From the sequence record LC680885.1: a DNA stretch of 64,000 bases. One strand, given 5' to 3'. The position numbers and the translations under genes were made by a program. The notes under the pieces were generated by a model. That model searched no databases. It was not told where the DNA came from and saw only the letters and a program-made list of their open reading frames with translations. This document shows positions 39,714 through 50,695 of the stretch, piece by piece; within the stretch, counting starts at the first letter, position 1; the number at the start of each line of letters is the position of its first letter.

Positions 39714-41639
39714 TTAACCATTAATAATTTTAAAAATATTTTCGTTTAATAAATCTCTTTCTAATCTACTTTCTTCAGAAAGTTTTTCCATCAATTCTTC
39801 TTCTGTATATTCATCAAAAGATACAGAATTATATCCATTAATAGAAATAGAAGATTCATTAACTTGAATTGATTTATTTACATTTAGATCATTAATGCTT
39901 TCTTCTAAGAATTTTTTAAGGCGTGTTTCATCTCTATTAGGTACATTTTCATAGGCTTCAAACACTATATCTTCATAGTATTCTTCTAATGATTCTTCAA
40001 AACCTTCATAAAGTGAATCATCTTTATTTTTTAATTGGAAATTAATATCTTCTTCTAGCAATTCTAAATTAACTTCTTCAGATAATCTTTCTTTAACATC
40101 TTCGTTAACTTCATCTAAAGGATTAAGATAATTTTCTAATAAACCTGATTCTGATTCATTATTAACACGTTGAATTGTATTCATATTGAATTCTTTTTCT
40201 AAGTTTTCTAAAGTTATTTCATTATCTGTATAGAATTCTTTAAGAACTTTATTTACTTTAGGTTCAACTACAATAACTTTCTTAAATCCTAAACCGAAAT
40301 CAACTTTATCAACTAATAATGAAGAAGGATTATATACTTTAGGAACTTCATCCATATAAGATTCTTTACTAATAACGATATCAACACGTTTACCTAAAGA
40401 TTCAGATAAAGCATTTGTATATCTAATTAAGTCTTTAATTGTGTAAGTTTCATTAACTTCTTCTTCATTAATAACTTTAGTTTTAAATTCAATATCAGTA
40501 GATCCACAATTTTCACATACTAATTCATCTTCATTAACGTTAGGATCAACTGTTTCTTGAACTCCACATTCGTTACAAATTACTTCTCCAACTTCTTTAG
40601 AACCTTTTAAGGCTTCTTCAAGTTCTTCATTACAATTCTCACATACTAATTCATTTGATTCATTCATTGTTAGATTGCTTCCACAATTTTCACAAACAGC
40701 TTTTCCATTTTCAATTTTACCAGTTTCACTTAAAATACGTCTAACAGTTTCAATTGATTCATTAGTAACAAAAATCTGTTTTTCATTTTCGTTCTCTAAT
40801 TTAAATGTATTTAATAGAGTTTCATGAATTTTCTCTGCATGATTTTTAAAAGATTTAACTACAGCAAAATCAGAATCTTCTCTCATATATACATATGGGA
40901 AAGCTTGATTGTTTTTATCATCAACATAATTTTCATTAGCAATTATATTTTGTTTTTCAGTATTAACTTCTTTAGATTCTGGAGTACCAATAGCATATCC
41001 TACTTCAGCAGGAGTGTCTAATATTCCATTTTTTAAATCTACAAAAGTAAATTCAGGTGCTGGATCTTTATCGTATAAATAAGTTTCAGTAACTGCTCCT
41101 CCAACACTTGGAGAACCATTTGCAGCAGACAAACCTCCATCACTAACAGAACTTGCATTGGTATTTGCATTAGAAGTACTTACTGAATAAGTCGCATGTG
41201 GACCAAAAGTAGTAGGAACCATCATTTGAGAATCTAAGAATTTAGCTCTTAATTCAGAATATCCTGGTTGTTTCTTATCTTCATCATCGTCTTCTTTTTC
41301 ATCTTCGAATAAATAATCTTCTTCAACAGAAATTTCAGGATCTGAATTAGCTACATCAGTAATGATAACTTCATCTTTATCAGCCACGATTGGTTGATCG
41401 TAATCAGGATGATCCGAATCAATTACTTGAACATCGTCTTCATCTTCAGCATCTTCAATTTCATCAAGATCATCAGATTCCTCATCATCAATTTCTTCTT
41501 CATCTTCATTAATTATTTCGTTAAACATTTCTTCTAATTCTTCATCATCTTCAGGAATATCACGTTTTAATTCTTCATTTTCATCATCATTTAAATCATC
41601 TTCAAATAATAACATATCATTTTTATTTTCTTCAGACAT
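39714..41639 (-). CDS. Highly acidic protein with CxxC zinc-ribbon repeats; probable internal head/scaffold protein
   Basis: CENCG, CENCN, CNECG, CENCG; very D/E-rich; many (I/L/V)-N-E motifs. Confidence 0.6.
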   Translation of the reverse strand: MSEENKNDMLLFEDDLNDDENEELKRDIPEDDEELEEMFNEIINEDEEEIDDEESDDLDEIEDAEDEDDVQVIDSDHPDYDQPIVADKDEVIITDVANSDPEISVEEDYLFEDEKEDDDEDKKQPGYSELRAKFLDSQMMVPTTFGPHATYSVSTSNANTNASSVSDGGLSAANGSPSVGGAVTETYLYDKDPAPEFTFVDLKNGILDTPAEVGYAIGTPESKEVNTEKQNIIANENYVDDKNNQAFPYVYMREDSDFAVVKSFKNHAEKIHETLLNTFKLENENEKQIFVTNESIETVRRILSETGKIENGKAVCENCGSNLTMNESNELVCENCNEELEEALKGSKEVGEVICNECGVQETVDPNVNEDELVCENCGSTDIEFKTKVINEEEVNETYTIKDLIRYTNALSESLGKRVDIVISKESYMDEVPKVYNPSSLLVDKVDFGLGFKKVIVVEPKVNKVLKEFYTDNEITLENLEKEFNMNTIQRVNNESESGLLENYLNPLDEVNEDVKERLSEEVNLELLEEDINFQLKNKDDSLYEGFEESLEEYYEDIVFEAYENVPNRDETRLKKFLEESINDLNVNKSIQVNESSISINGYNSVSFDEYTEEELMEKLSEESRLERDLLNENIFKIING

Positions 41640-41659
41640 TTTTAAATATCCTCCTTAAA

Positions 41660-42928
41660 TTATTTTCTAAAAGTTCCTTCAATACTATCTTTAATAATAA
41701 ATAATATACACGGAAGTAATACATAATCTTCCATATTCATATCATATTTATCATCATAGTAATTAAACACTTTACTTAATATTTTTTCTTCTATCTTTTC
41801 ATCATTCATATACATTGAGATTAATTTATATCTATCATCAAAGTAAGTTAAACTTTTAGTGCCTTGATAGTCTTCATTAACTTCATTAATCTTAGTTAAA
41901 TTACTCAATTCTATAAAATCGTTTAATCCATCTAATACTTCAGTGTCTTCTATACTTTTATGAACGAAGCTTATTTCTTTATACTTCTCTCTAAACATTT
42001 TTAAGAAATTATCCTTAGTGTCATTAAGAGTAATAACATTAGGTAAAGTCTTTTTATCCTTTAATTTTTCATATAGAGAGAATTTATAATTCTTTTGATT
42101 TATTCTTTCATTCTTAGGATTTTTATCTTTATAAGGTAATATATTAGAAAGATAAGTACTAGATTTTACTAATAGATTATTGTCATAAATAAATCTGGAT
42201 AAATTCAAATCAATATATTTAGTTGATGCGACTGCACTAAATTCATCTTCATAGTAAATAAAAGTATTTAATGAAGAATTATAGAAATGATCAATAAATA
42301 TTTGTGAAAATTCATCAGCGTATTTAATGCTATGATTGACTTGATAGAAATCTTCTTCTAGTATCAATGATTTATTATCTGTTCCAATATTGGAAAATAC
42401 TGTTCTATATACGTTTGATACCTGATTTTCAATATCTTCTGTATTAACATTAAAATTCTGATATTGTATTTTATAGTAAGCGGAATTCTCTAATGAACTC
42501 ATTTCTACATTAGTTACACGATATATTCTACTAGTTGCATTTTCTTTAGACTGATATTGAAATACAATAAAATCATCTGGTAAAGGTTCAATAGTACCTG
42601 GCAATATAACTGCTTCAGATTCTAAATCTTTTTCAGTTCCCCATTCCTCATCCCATTCAATTGTAGGATTCATTTCAGCTACGTTATACAAAGGGAAGTC
42701 TTTTAATTTATTATATTTCAAAGGAGAATTATCTCCAATAATTTCTTCAACATTATCTAGTGAACGATCAGAGGTAGATTTCTCATGATCTTTACTATAG
42801 TATGTAACAAAACTAGGAGCACCTGCTTGAAACTTACTATATTTTTCTGTACCGGATAAATATGAGGATACGTAACTATTTACAATATCTTTTGGTTGTA
42901 ATTCATCATTTGATATAAATGTACCCAT
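41660..42928 (-). CDS. Virion structural protein (possible neck/head-completion protein)
   Basis: Late promoter upstream. VTYYSKD..IIGDNSPLKYNKLKDFPLY..ILPGTIEPLPDDF resembles conserved jumbo-phage structural proteins. Confidence 0.5.
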   Translation of the reverse strand: MGTFISNDELQPKDIVNSYVSSYLSGTEKYSKFQAGAPSFVTYYSKDHEKSTSDRSLDNVEEIIGDNSPLKYNKLKDFPLYNVAEMNPTIEWDEEWGTEKDLESEAVILPGTIEPLPDDFIVFQYQSKENATSRIYRVTNVEMSSLENSAYYKIQYQNFNVNTEDIENQVSNVYRTVFSNIGTDNKSLILEEDFYQVNHSIKYADEFSQIFIDHFYNSSLNTFIYYEDEFSAVASTKYIDLNLSRFIYDNNLLVKSSTYLSNILPYKDKNPKNERINQKNYKFSLYEKLKDKKTLPNVITLNDTKDNFLKMFREKYKEISFVHKSIEDTEVLDGLNDFIELSNLTKINEVNEDYQGTKSLTYFDDRYKLISMYMNDEKIEEKILSKVFNYYDDKYDMNMEDYVLLPCILFIIKDSIEGTFRK

Positions 42929-42967
42929 ATATTCTCATTATCCTCACTTTCTTTATTAAATTTCGTA

Positions 42968-42979
42968 TATGGTATTGTT
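42968..42979 (-). promoter_or_regulatory. Late promoter AACA-N6-TA
   Basis: Reads AACAATACCATA on the minus strand. Confidence 0.7.
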
Positions 42980-43006
42980 ATCTTTGAATTTTGTTTTAAT
43001 ATAATA

Positions 43007-43045
43007 ATCCCAATACCTTAATATTATATTAATAGGTATTGGGAT
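43007..43045. terminator. Terminator hairpin
   Basis: ATCCCAATACCT / AGGTATTGGGAT. Confidence 0.7.
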
Positions 43046-43063
43046 AAAATATTTTATAAAAAA

Positions 43064-43573
43064 TTAAAGACCAAATTCTTTATCTAAAGATTCTTCTAAA
43101 GAACTAATATCTTCATTAGTTTGTTCTTCTTCTTTAACAGCTTCAAATAAGCTAAATAAAGCTTCTTCAACAGGACTTACAACTGAATCAATTTTATTTT
43201 CCATAGCTTCATTTAATTTAGTAGGTAATTTTTTGAATAGAGCAATGTATTTCTTTTCATTATTTCTAGCCCAAGCTTCTGCTTTTTTAGGACTTTGGAA
43301 AGCACATACTCGAATAAAACGATTTAAAATAGATGTTTTACCTTTAGCATCAATTACTCTGTAAGTAAATATAACTGTTCCATCTTCATGAGCATCTAAA
43401 GCAAATTCATTTTCATCAAATTTTTTACCTTTAGCGATAACTTTAGCTTTCTTTTTAGTAGCACGTGCTATGAATTTTTCCTCTGTATCTTTATCAGAAG
43501 GGTTTACCATTTTTCTTAATGTATCCTTCACATTAGCTTCATTTAATAATGTTTCTTGTAAAAAATCTTCCAT
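43064..43573 (-). CDS. Probable internal head protein; paralog of the C-domain of 43615..44643
   Basis: KKAEAWARNNEKKYIALFKKLP vs KEAQKWVQSNGNKFVSIFKKAP; ends SSLEESLDKEFGL. Confidence 0.6.
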   Translation of the reverse strand: MEDFLQETLLNEANVKDTLRKMVNPSDKDTEEKFIARATKKKAKVIAKGKKFDENEFALDAHEDGTVIFTYRVIDAKGKTSILNRFIRVCAFQSPKKAEAWARNNEKKYIALFKKLPTKLNEAMENKIDSVVSPVEEALFSLFEAVKEEEQTNEDISSLEESLDKEFGL

Positions 43574-43614
43574 AATTATAATTCCTACTTTCGTAATTTA
43601 TTTTTCTATATAAT

Positions 43615-44643
43615 TTAGTTTAGTTTAAATTCCTCATCTAATATTTTTTCTAAATTTTCAATAACTTTATCATCTTCATCAATTTCAGGTTTCTTATCAG
43701 GAGCTTTCTTGAAGATAGATACAAATTTATTTCCATTACTTTGAACCCATTTTTGTGCTTCTTTGAAACGATCTGCAACTATTCCAATAGGTATTCTTCG
43801 AATTTTATCTTTACCTTTATATTTAACAGGTACTTCTAAAGCAGCGTTTTTACCACCAGTACGTTTGGCTACTACTACAACATTACTTGAATCAATCCTA
43901 ATACCTTTACTTTTAGCTTTTATTTTAAAATTCATACAAGCTTTAGCAAAATCCGCTTCAAGCGTATCAGGCTCAACAATTCCTTCTTGAACTGCAACGT
44001 CTGAAGTATTACCACAATCTTCACATACTAATTGTCCTGATTCATTTGGAGACATTTTAGATCCACATTCTTCACAAATAGGTTCTTCTTTATCAGTATC
44101 AATATCTCTTTTTAATTCTTCATTTAATTTTTTCTTACTATTTTTCAATTTCTCTTTATATTCTGCAATCTTTCTTTTTTTCTCTTTTTTATCTTTAGTA
44201 TTTTTAATATCTTCAATATCTTTTCGAAGTTCTAATTTTAATTTATCCTTCTTAATTCTACTTTCAGCAGCTTTTTTAGCTTCATCTGAAGGTTTCATCT
44301 TTTTAAGTTCAGGAAAAACTAATGACTTATTTTTATTCATTATTCTTTCATACTGTCCACCTGAAGCAATAGTTCTATTAATTCTAACTACAGCAAAATC
44401 TCTTTCTGTATTTTCTCCACTAACTAGATTTTTACATTTTACTTCTAAGTTTATATTAGTTCCCATATAAACAAATTTAATAGGTTGGAAGTTAGCATAT
44501 CCTTGTTTTGTTAAACCATCTATCCCTTTTTGATATTGGTTTATGATAACACCTATCATGCTTTTAAAAAAATCTTGTTCTGGATCTTCATTAACTAAAT
44601 TAAATTCTTTGTCTAGAGATTCTTCTAAAGATTTCAAATCCAT
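43615..44643 (-). CDS. Probable internal head protein with zinc ribbon
   Basis: Starts MDLKSLEESLDKEFNLVNE; contains CEECGSKMSPNESGQLVCEDCG; ends LEKILDEEFKLN. Confidence 0.6.
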   Translation of the reverse strand: MDLKSLEESLDKEFNLVNEDPEQDFFKSMIGVIINQYQKGIDGLTKQGYANFQPIKFVYMGTNINLEVKCKNLVSGENTERDFAVVRINRTIASGGQYERIMNKNKSLVFPELKKMKPSDEAKKAAESRIKKDKLKLELRKDIEDIKNTKDKKEKKRKIAEYKEKLKNSKKKLNEELKRDIDTDKEEPICEECGSKMSPNESGQLVCEDCGNTSDVAVQEGIVEPDTLEADFAKACMNFKIKAKSKGIRIDSSNVVVVAKRTGGKNAALEVPVKYKGKDKIRRIPIGIVADRFKEAQKWVQSNGNKFVSIFKKAPDKKPEIDEDDKVIENLEKILDEEFKLN

Positions 44644-44675
44644 TATATTTTCCTCATTTCTATTTATTTTATTAA

Positions 44676-44687
44676 TATTAATGTGTT
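44676..44687 (-). promoter_or_regulatory. Late promoter AACA-N6-TA
   Basis: Reads AACACATTAATA on the minus strand. Confidence 0.7.
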
Positions 44688-44710
44688 AAAATAATGATTT
44701 ATTAAAAATA

Positions 44711-44739
44711 ACCCTAACCAAAGTATAAATGGTTAGGGT
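44711..44739. terminator. Terminator hairpin (CCCTAAC family)
   Basis: ACCCTAACCA / TGGTTAGGGT. Confidence 0.7.
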
Positions 44740-44747
44740 ATATAATA

Positions 44748-47700
44748 TTAAAGCATATCTTTTACTTTACGTTTTAATTCTATTAAAGCTTTATTAGTTG
44801 CCAGCATTAAATAAATATCAGTAGTCATACGAGATACGATACTTAATGGAGAGAATATAGCTTCAATTTCTTCGTCAGGTCTATATTCTGCATAAGGAGA
44901 TTCATTAGGAGGAGTAACATCAGCAATAACTGTTTTACATGCACCGTAGAAACTGATCTTATCACCAATACTCATATCATCTTCATACTCTGTGAAGATT
45001 TCAATAAGCACTCCATCTACTTTCTCACCTTTAATTTTCTCACTATTAATTTTCTCTACAGCTGGAATATCTACATCTAATCCAGGTAATGTAGATTTAT
45101 TATCTTTAACTGCATTTTTGTATTCTCTATATTTACTTTTAGATTTATTAATATAACTATTAACTAATTTAGCTAATGTAGGAGACATATTTTCAATATC
45201 ATCATTATAATAGATATTTACTTTTTTAATTTCTCCAGTATATTTAGATCTAACAGCTCTATTAGAAATATCTTGTATTTCTTGTTCGAATTCAGAACCG
45301 ATTTTATCTAATAAAGAACCAATACCTTCATCATCAAATGAATTCTCAAATATCATTAATGGGTCTCCTGTACGTACATTTTGACCTTCTTTAACAATAT
45401 ATTGAATATTCGTACTAGAAGCTAAGTTGACTGTTTTCTTCATAGTAACTTTAGTTGACATTGCTTCAGACATACTATTAGAAATAATAGAACTATCTTC
45501 GTACGTGCCATAGCTTGAAGCAACTGCAACTTTAGATAATTTACCAGCAGCAAATTGAATATCATTATTACTGCCAGATCCTGCAAAGTAACTATCATTT
45601 TTAGCCAATACTTGTCCTTTATTAAATTTCTTACCTACTTCAAATTGTGGAGTAAGTTTATTATTTTGATAGAAACCACCATTAGAGTTTTTAGCAAGTT
45701 TTTCAGATATATCAATTACATCTTTATCTCCATTAATGTATTCAACAAGCATTAATCCTGTTTTCTCATTAACAGAAGTTACTTTCCCATCTTCTTTAGC
45801 TTTAAAAGCAAAAGTATCTGAAATTTGATAGGCTAAAGATTTATCTACACCAGATCCAACTAATGGACGGTCATTTGTTTTAGTAGCGATTAAATGTTTA
45901 GCTTGGGTACCTGTCATTCCTATTCTCGGACTATCTGCATGTCTACTAGTATATGGGTTCAATAATTCTAATGGAGTATATAAAGCTGTATCACTTACAT
46001 CTTTTTTACTACCATCAGTATATCCACGAGTAGATTTAATCTGTGTATCATATGAAAGTTGTCTAACTATACCTACTTTATTACTGTCAGGTGTGCTTAT
46101 TCCTAATATACCTTGCATACTTTCATCATAAGAACGAATATCAGGTTCATATGATTGTTCAGAGTTACGTCCAGCAGGACCTTTAAATGTAACAGAAGTC
46201 ATCTTATCTATTTCTAAGTTAGGGTTTAAATCAGATACTTCATCTACTGTAGGTTGTTCCATAATAGTTTTAATTAATTGATCTTGTTTAACTGAAATAT
46301 TCTTAGGATTTTTATTATTATAAGAATCTGAATATTCTTTATAAGCATTTGCCATCATTTTATACAATAATGCGTTAATTTGCTCTGGTCCACGTACACG
46401 ATAAATTCCCATATCATTATGATCTCTAGCCGATACATCTTCTAACATCGTATTAGCTAATAGTAATAATTCAACCATATTATCAGGAAGTTTTAAATCT
46501 CTTAATACTTCTTTAGTAATAGGATCCATTGCTAAATCCATAGTATTTTTAATACCTTTACCAACATTACGACTGTAGAATTTATCATTGAAATATTCTA
46601 AGTAAGGTGTTTCAGTTTCAAAATCACTGAAATTGTATTGTGAAGTAGGTAATACAGTTAATCCAGACATTAATAAATCAAATCTTAATTTATCAGTAGA
46701 GTATATTAAATAACCGTCTTGGAATTTAATCTTATTCTTTTTATCATGAATGCTAATTCTTTCATTCTCAGTAGTAAATTTATAATCAACTTCATAAAGA
46801 TCAAGAATATTAGTTAAACCTTTATAGAAACCTAATAATAGAATTGTAGGTACTAGTTTATTAGTAATTTTAACACGTGAAAATGCCATCGTCTTATTAG
46901 ATTGAATATTCTTACTGAATTTCTTATCAATAACTCCAAAGTCAACTTCATTATCTAGTTTATCAATAATGTAATCAAATATATTTACTTCCATAGATTT
47001 AATATTAGATTTACTACATTCATACATAACAGATTCTGTTTTATCTGCTAATATTAATTTAGATTTATTAATATTATAACCAATAGGGAAATATTTATCT
47101 TGATCATAATCAATCTTAGATAAACTAGCACTATCAGAAATCATACCTAATAAACTTCTTTGGTTGAATTCAAGTACATTAGTACCATCTTGGAAATTTA
47201 ATATATTTCTAGATAAACTATTATAGATAACTGAAGTTACATATTTATTATTGATTAAAGAAGCATTACCCTTTTTAACAGATAAGTTAGATTTATTTTC
47301 AATATAATCTATAACTTGATCATCTTCAATAACTTTCTTAATCCATTCAGTTTCAGCATTTTCTTTATAACCGAATTTTTCTATAATGAATTTATTATAG
47401 TTAGTTGTAATCCAAACAGTATCAGGTTTATATTTAACGATTGGCCACATCATTAATTGTTTAGTTAATACTTTTTTACCGCCATTAAGTTTCATATATT
47501 TGCCGTCAATAACTTTAGGAACATCAAATTTAACATTATGAGTTAAACCATCTGGACTTCTAAATTGGACTTTAACTGTATTTTTTAATGACTGACTATC
47601 TGAATTATCTTCAATATTCATTTTATTAATAAATACCGGAATATCTTCATTGTCATTAAAGCTTTTCATTATATCAATAAAGTCTTTATTAAATGTTTTT

Positions 47701-49001
47701 TGCATATAAGAGATATCAAAATCATTAGAAGCAATGTTATTAATAGTCTCTTCATTGATATTATTAATATTTTCATTAATTTCTCTATCGATTAATTTAT
47801 CTTCAGAAAAACTAAAATCTTCTAAATCATTAAGGTATTCATCTTGTTTCTTAGATAAAGCTAATATCTTTTTAGTATTTTTAAGAGCTTCATCACCAAT
47901 GCTAGATTTATTTTTAATATTTCTTTTAATTGATTTAAATGAATCATTCTTGTCTAATACATCTGAATATAAAGTTTCTGTATCAATATCAATTAAATCT
48001 TTATTATCATTTAATTCTTTTTCAATTATCATAGCTATATTATATTCATCATCAACATCCATTTCAGTATTGTCTAATGATCTAATATAACTTATTGTAG
48101 AATCTATTTTATTAGATATTTTTTCTAACTGTTCATCATTTTCATATTCAACTTCATCATTCTGAGCTTCGATAGGATCAATTGTTCCTACATTATCAAA
48201 TGCTTTCTTTTTAATTACTCCATCTACAGCTTCAGTATTATCATCATCTTCAACTTTACTAATTTCATCAGTATCCAATGCTTGTGTATTAGTGTCAATG
48301 ATTCTTCTTAATCTTTGTCTAAGTCTCATATTAAGTTTATTATAATCTTTGTAATCAAATTTAAACATTATTCCATTATCTAATGAGACAAATAATAAAT
48401 CAACATTTTGATTTTCACCATGAGGTAATTCTTCTTGATTCTTAATCATCATGAATAAGCTTGACATGAAATCTTTTGTATTAGGTCTAATAGCTTGTTG
48501 AGAAGGTTTATTATATCCATCAACATTAATTACATAAAGTAAATTATTATAATCTTCTGTATTATTTAAAGAGTTAAAAGTTGATTTAATTGAATTTAAT
48601 ACTGTATTAAAGTTTTTAGTCATTAATGATTTATCTTCTAAATCAATAAATTTAGTTGAATCAACAATATAGTTTCTACCTTTAAATAATTTCTCATTTC
48701 TTTCAACTCTATACTGTTTATAAGATTTAGATTTAATTTCTTTTTGATAATCTGTTATATTCGTTAATAATCTAGTTCTTCTATTTTGAGTTCTATACAA
48801 TCTTGGTGTATAGATATTCTTGAAATTCTGATGATATAATAATCCACTATTTAAGAAATCAGTAAATGAATTTTCTTTAAAACCTTTATAAATAACTAAC
48901 TGGTCTTTTTTCTTATCTTTGATTTCTTCATCAATAGCTTTAATTTTATATCCAGATATTGAATAGAATTTAAGATTTTTTAATCTATTAAGATATTTCA
49001 A
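44748..49001 (-). CDS. rpoB: Virion RNA polymerase beta-like subunit
   Basis: 1417 aa; RHADSPRIGMTGTQAKH, YGTYEDSSIIS, GDKISFYGACKTV and FSPLSIVSRM align with beta conserved regions. The long N-terminal extension is typical of phiKZ gp178-like subunits. Confidence 0.9.
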   Translation of the reverse strand: MKYLNRLKNLKFYSISGYKIKAIDEEIKDKKKDQLVIYKGFKENSFTDFLNSGLLYHQNFKNIYTPRLYRTQNRRTRLLTNITDYQKEIKSKSYKQYRVERNEKLFKGRNYIVDSTKFIDLEDKSLMTKNFNTVLNSIKSTFNSLNNTEDYNNLLYVINVDGYNKPSQQAIRPNTKDFMSSLFMMIKNQEELPHGENQNVDLLFVSLDNGIMFKFDYKDYNKLNMRLRQRLRRIIDTNTQALDTDEISKVEDDDNTEAVDGVIKKKAFDNVGTIDPIEAQNDEVEYENDEQLEKISNKIDSTISYIRSLDNTEMDVDDEYNIAMIIEKELNDNKDLIDIDTETLYSDVLDKNDSFKSIKRNIKNKSSIGDEALKNTKKILALSKKQDEYLNDLEDFSFSEDKLIDREINENINNINEETINNIASNDFDISYMQKTFNKDFIDIMKSFNDNEDIPVFINKMNIEDNSDSQSLKNTVKVQFRSPDGLTHNVKFDVPKVIDGKYMKLNGGKKVLTKQLMMWPIVKYKPDTVWITTNYNKFIIEKFGYKENAETEWIKKVIEDDQVIDYIENKSNLSVKKGNASLINNKYVTSVIYNSLSRNILNFQDGTNVLEFNQRSLLGMISDSASLSKIDYDQDKYFPIGYNINKSKLILADKTESVMYECSKSNIKSMEVNIFDYIIDKLDNEVDFGVIDKKFSKNIQSNKTMAFSRVKITNKLVPTILLLGFYKGLTNILDLYEVDYKFTTENERISIHDKKNKIKFQDGYLIYSTDKLRFDLLMSGLTVLPTSQYNFSDFETETPYLEYFNDKFYSRNVGKGIKNTMDLAMDPITKEVLRDLKLPDNMVELLLLANTMLEDVSARDHNDMGIYRVRGPEQINALLYKMMANAYKEYSDSYNNKNPKNISVKQDQLIKTIMEQPTVDEVSDLNPNLEIDKMTSVTFKGPAGRNSEQSYEPDIRSYDESMQGILGISTPDSNKVGIVRQLSYDTQIKSTRGYTDGSKKDVSDTALYTPLELLNPYTSRHADSPRIGMTGTQAKHLIATKTNDRPLVGSGVDKSLAYQISDTFAFKAKEDGKVTSVNEKTGLMLVEYINGDKDVIDISEKLAKNSNGGFYQNNKLTPQFEVGKKFNKGQVLAKNDSYFAGSGSNNDIQFAAGKLSKVAVASSYGTYEDSSIISNSMSEAMSTKVTMKKTVNLASSTNIQYIVKEGQNVRTGDPLMIFENSFDDEGIGSLLDKIGSEFEQEIQDISNRAVRSKYTGEIKKVNIYYNDDIENMSPTLAKLVNSYINKSKSKYREYKNAVKDNKSTLPGLDVDIPAVEKINSEKIKGEKVDGVLIEIFTEYEDDMSIGDKISFYGACKTVIADVTPPNESPYAEYRPDEEIEAIFSPLSIVSRMTTDIYLMLATNKALIELKRKVKDML

Positions 49002-49418
49002 TTATGCCATTCCTTTCCGTATTTAATTTTATTGATTAATATATTTATATTACTTTTATTTTATAATATTATTCAATAAATTTCCTATATACAATAGTTT
49101 TGATTACTATCATTATGTATTTTAATTGGATTTATAAAAATAAAATAACGAACTATGTGAGTTATTTTTAAATACATTTTTATGAAATAAAAATGTGTAC
49201 TATCCCCTCATAATATTTTAATTTATATAAATATACTATAAGAATAGTATATTTATTATTATAATATTTTATTATAATATAATTATAATATTCCGGACAC
49301 TTTCAAATTTTTTATCACATAATGGTACAAATTTATAATTTTTTAAATAATTAATATAAAAATATTTATTAACTTCATACATATTGTTTAATTATATAAA
49401 AATTATAAAATACTCAGT

Positions 49419-49430
49419 AACATCTAAATA
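49419..49430 (+). promoter_or_regulatory. Late promoter AACA-N6-TA
   Basis: AACATCTAAATA upstream of TTG 49462. Confidence 0.7.
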
Positions 49431-49461
49431 TCAATAAAATAATGAAAGAAGTGAAAATAAA

Positions 49462-50688
49462 TTGGCTAATATGAATTATGAAAATAAAACACTTAATGAA
49501 AAAGAAGTATCGACATTATTAAGTGTTGGTAAAGATGACATTACATTAGACAAGTTAAAAGAATTATTTGCTTTTAGACAAAATACAGAACCAATGTATA
49601 ATCCAACGGATAAATTTACATTAAAGAAAGATCTAGTCTATAATAAAAAAGATGAAAAAACTACTGTAGGTAGATATATATTTAATAAATTTATTTTAGA
49701 TAATAAAATTGGACCGATTATAGGCTATATGAATCGTGATATGGGCGGTTCTGGAGTAGGTAAACTTCAATCTGATTTATCAAATTTATTACTTAATGAT
49801 ATTATTACTACACAAGAAATGTCAAATTATATCGATAAATTACAATGGTTAGGTTTCTCTATAGCCAGTTTTATTAATTCTAGTCTAACTACTACAATGA
49901 TGACTGCTACTGAAAAAGTTAAACAGAAAAAAGAAGAGTTATTAGTTAAATATGAAAAAGCATTGAATACTCCTGGAGAGGAATTAAATGCAATATCAGT
50001 TATTGAAAAAGAATTAATCAATTTAAGTAAAGAAGAATTAAAAGGTTTAGCTGATTTAGATATTTATGATAGTGGTTCACGTGGTTCATTCGGCAATAAC
50101 TATAAATTAACTGCATTAATTCGTGGAGCAAATAAAAACTTTGCTGATCCAAGTAAAATTAGAATTGCTAAAAGCTCACTAGCTGAAGGAATTGATCCTA
50201 ATGAACTTTATATGTTTGGAGATATTATGACTGCAGGTTCAGCTGGACGTGCACTAGGTACTCAAGAAGGAGGGTATCAGGCTAAGCAACTAATGTCGGC
50301 CTTCCAAACAACTGTTTTAGATAAAAAAGGTTCTGACTGTAGAACAAATCATTTCCTTAAATTAATATTAGATAAATCAAACGCATCATTAATGATGTAT
50401 AGATATTTTAAAGATAATAACGCAAGATCAGGTCAATTAGTTTTATTAACTCCTGAAAATGTAGATGATTACATGGGTAGAGTTTTAGAATTTAGAAGTC
50501 CTATGTATTGTGCAAGTGAAGATATTTGTAGTAAATGTGCAGGAGAATTACCATATAAATTAGGAATTGAAAATATTGGTCTATTAGTTAACCAAGTTGC
50601 TCAAGCAATCGTAACAAGTTCAATGAAATCTTTCCATGATATGACGATTAAACAAAATGAAATAGATATAGAAAGTTATATAGAATAA
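49462..50688 (+). CDS. rpoC: Virion RNA polymerase beta'-like subunit, C-terminal part
   Basis: TTVGRYIFN, IYDSGSRG, GTQEGGY, DCRT, RSPMYC, ICSKCAG and MKSFH. The late promoter supports the virion enzyme. Confidence 0.9.
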   Translation: MANMNYENKTLNEKEVSTLLSVGKDDITLDKLKELFAFRQNTEPMYNPTDKFTLKKDLVYNKKDEKTTVGRYIFNKFILDNKIGPIIGYMNRDMGGSGVGKLQSDLSNLLLNDIITTQEMSNYIDKLQWLGFSIASFINSSLTTTMMTATEKVKQKKEELLVKYEKALNTPGEELNAISVIEKELINLSKEELKGLADLDIYDSGSRGSFGNNYKLTALIRGANKNFADPSKIRIAKSSLAEGIDPNELYMFGDIMTAGSAGRALGTQEGGYQAKQLMSAFQTTVLDKKGSDCRTNHFLKLILDKSNASLMMYRYFKDNNARSGQLVLLTPENVDDYMGRVLEFRSPMYCASEDICSKCAGELPYKLGIENIGLLVNQVAQAIVTSSMKSFHDMTIKQNEIDIESYIE

Positions 50689-50695
50689 CATAGAT

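Noticed and set aside
49002-49010. ATG-GCA-TAA mini-ORF directly before the TTG start of the RNAP beta gene (minus strand)
   Set aside because: The SD AAAGGA abuts this ATG but is correctly spaced for the TTG; probably chance.
2222-50688. Introns or inteins in RNAP, polymerase or helicase genes
   Set aside because: The ORFs are continuous with expected motif spacing, and I saw no intein C/HN-C junctions or embedded endonuclease.
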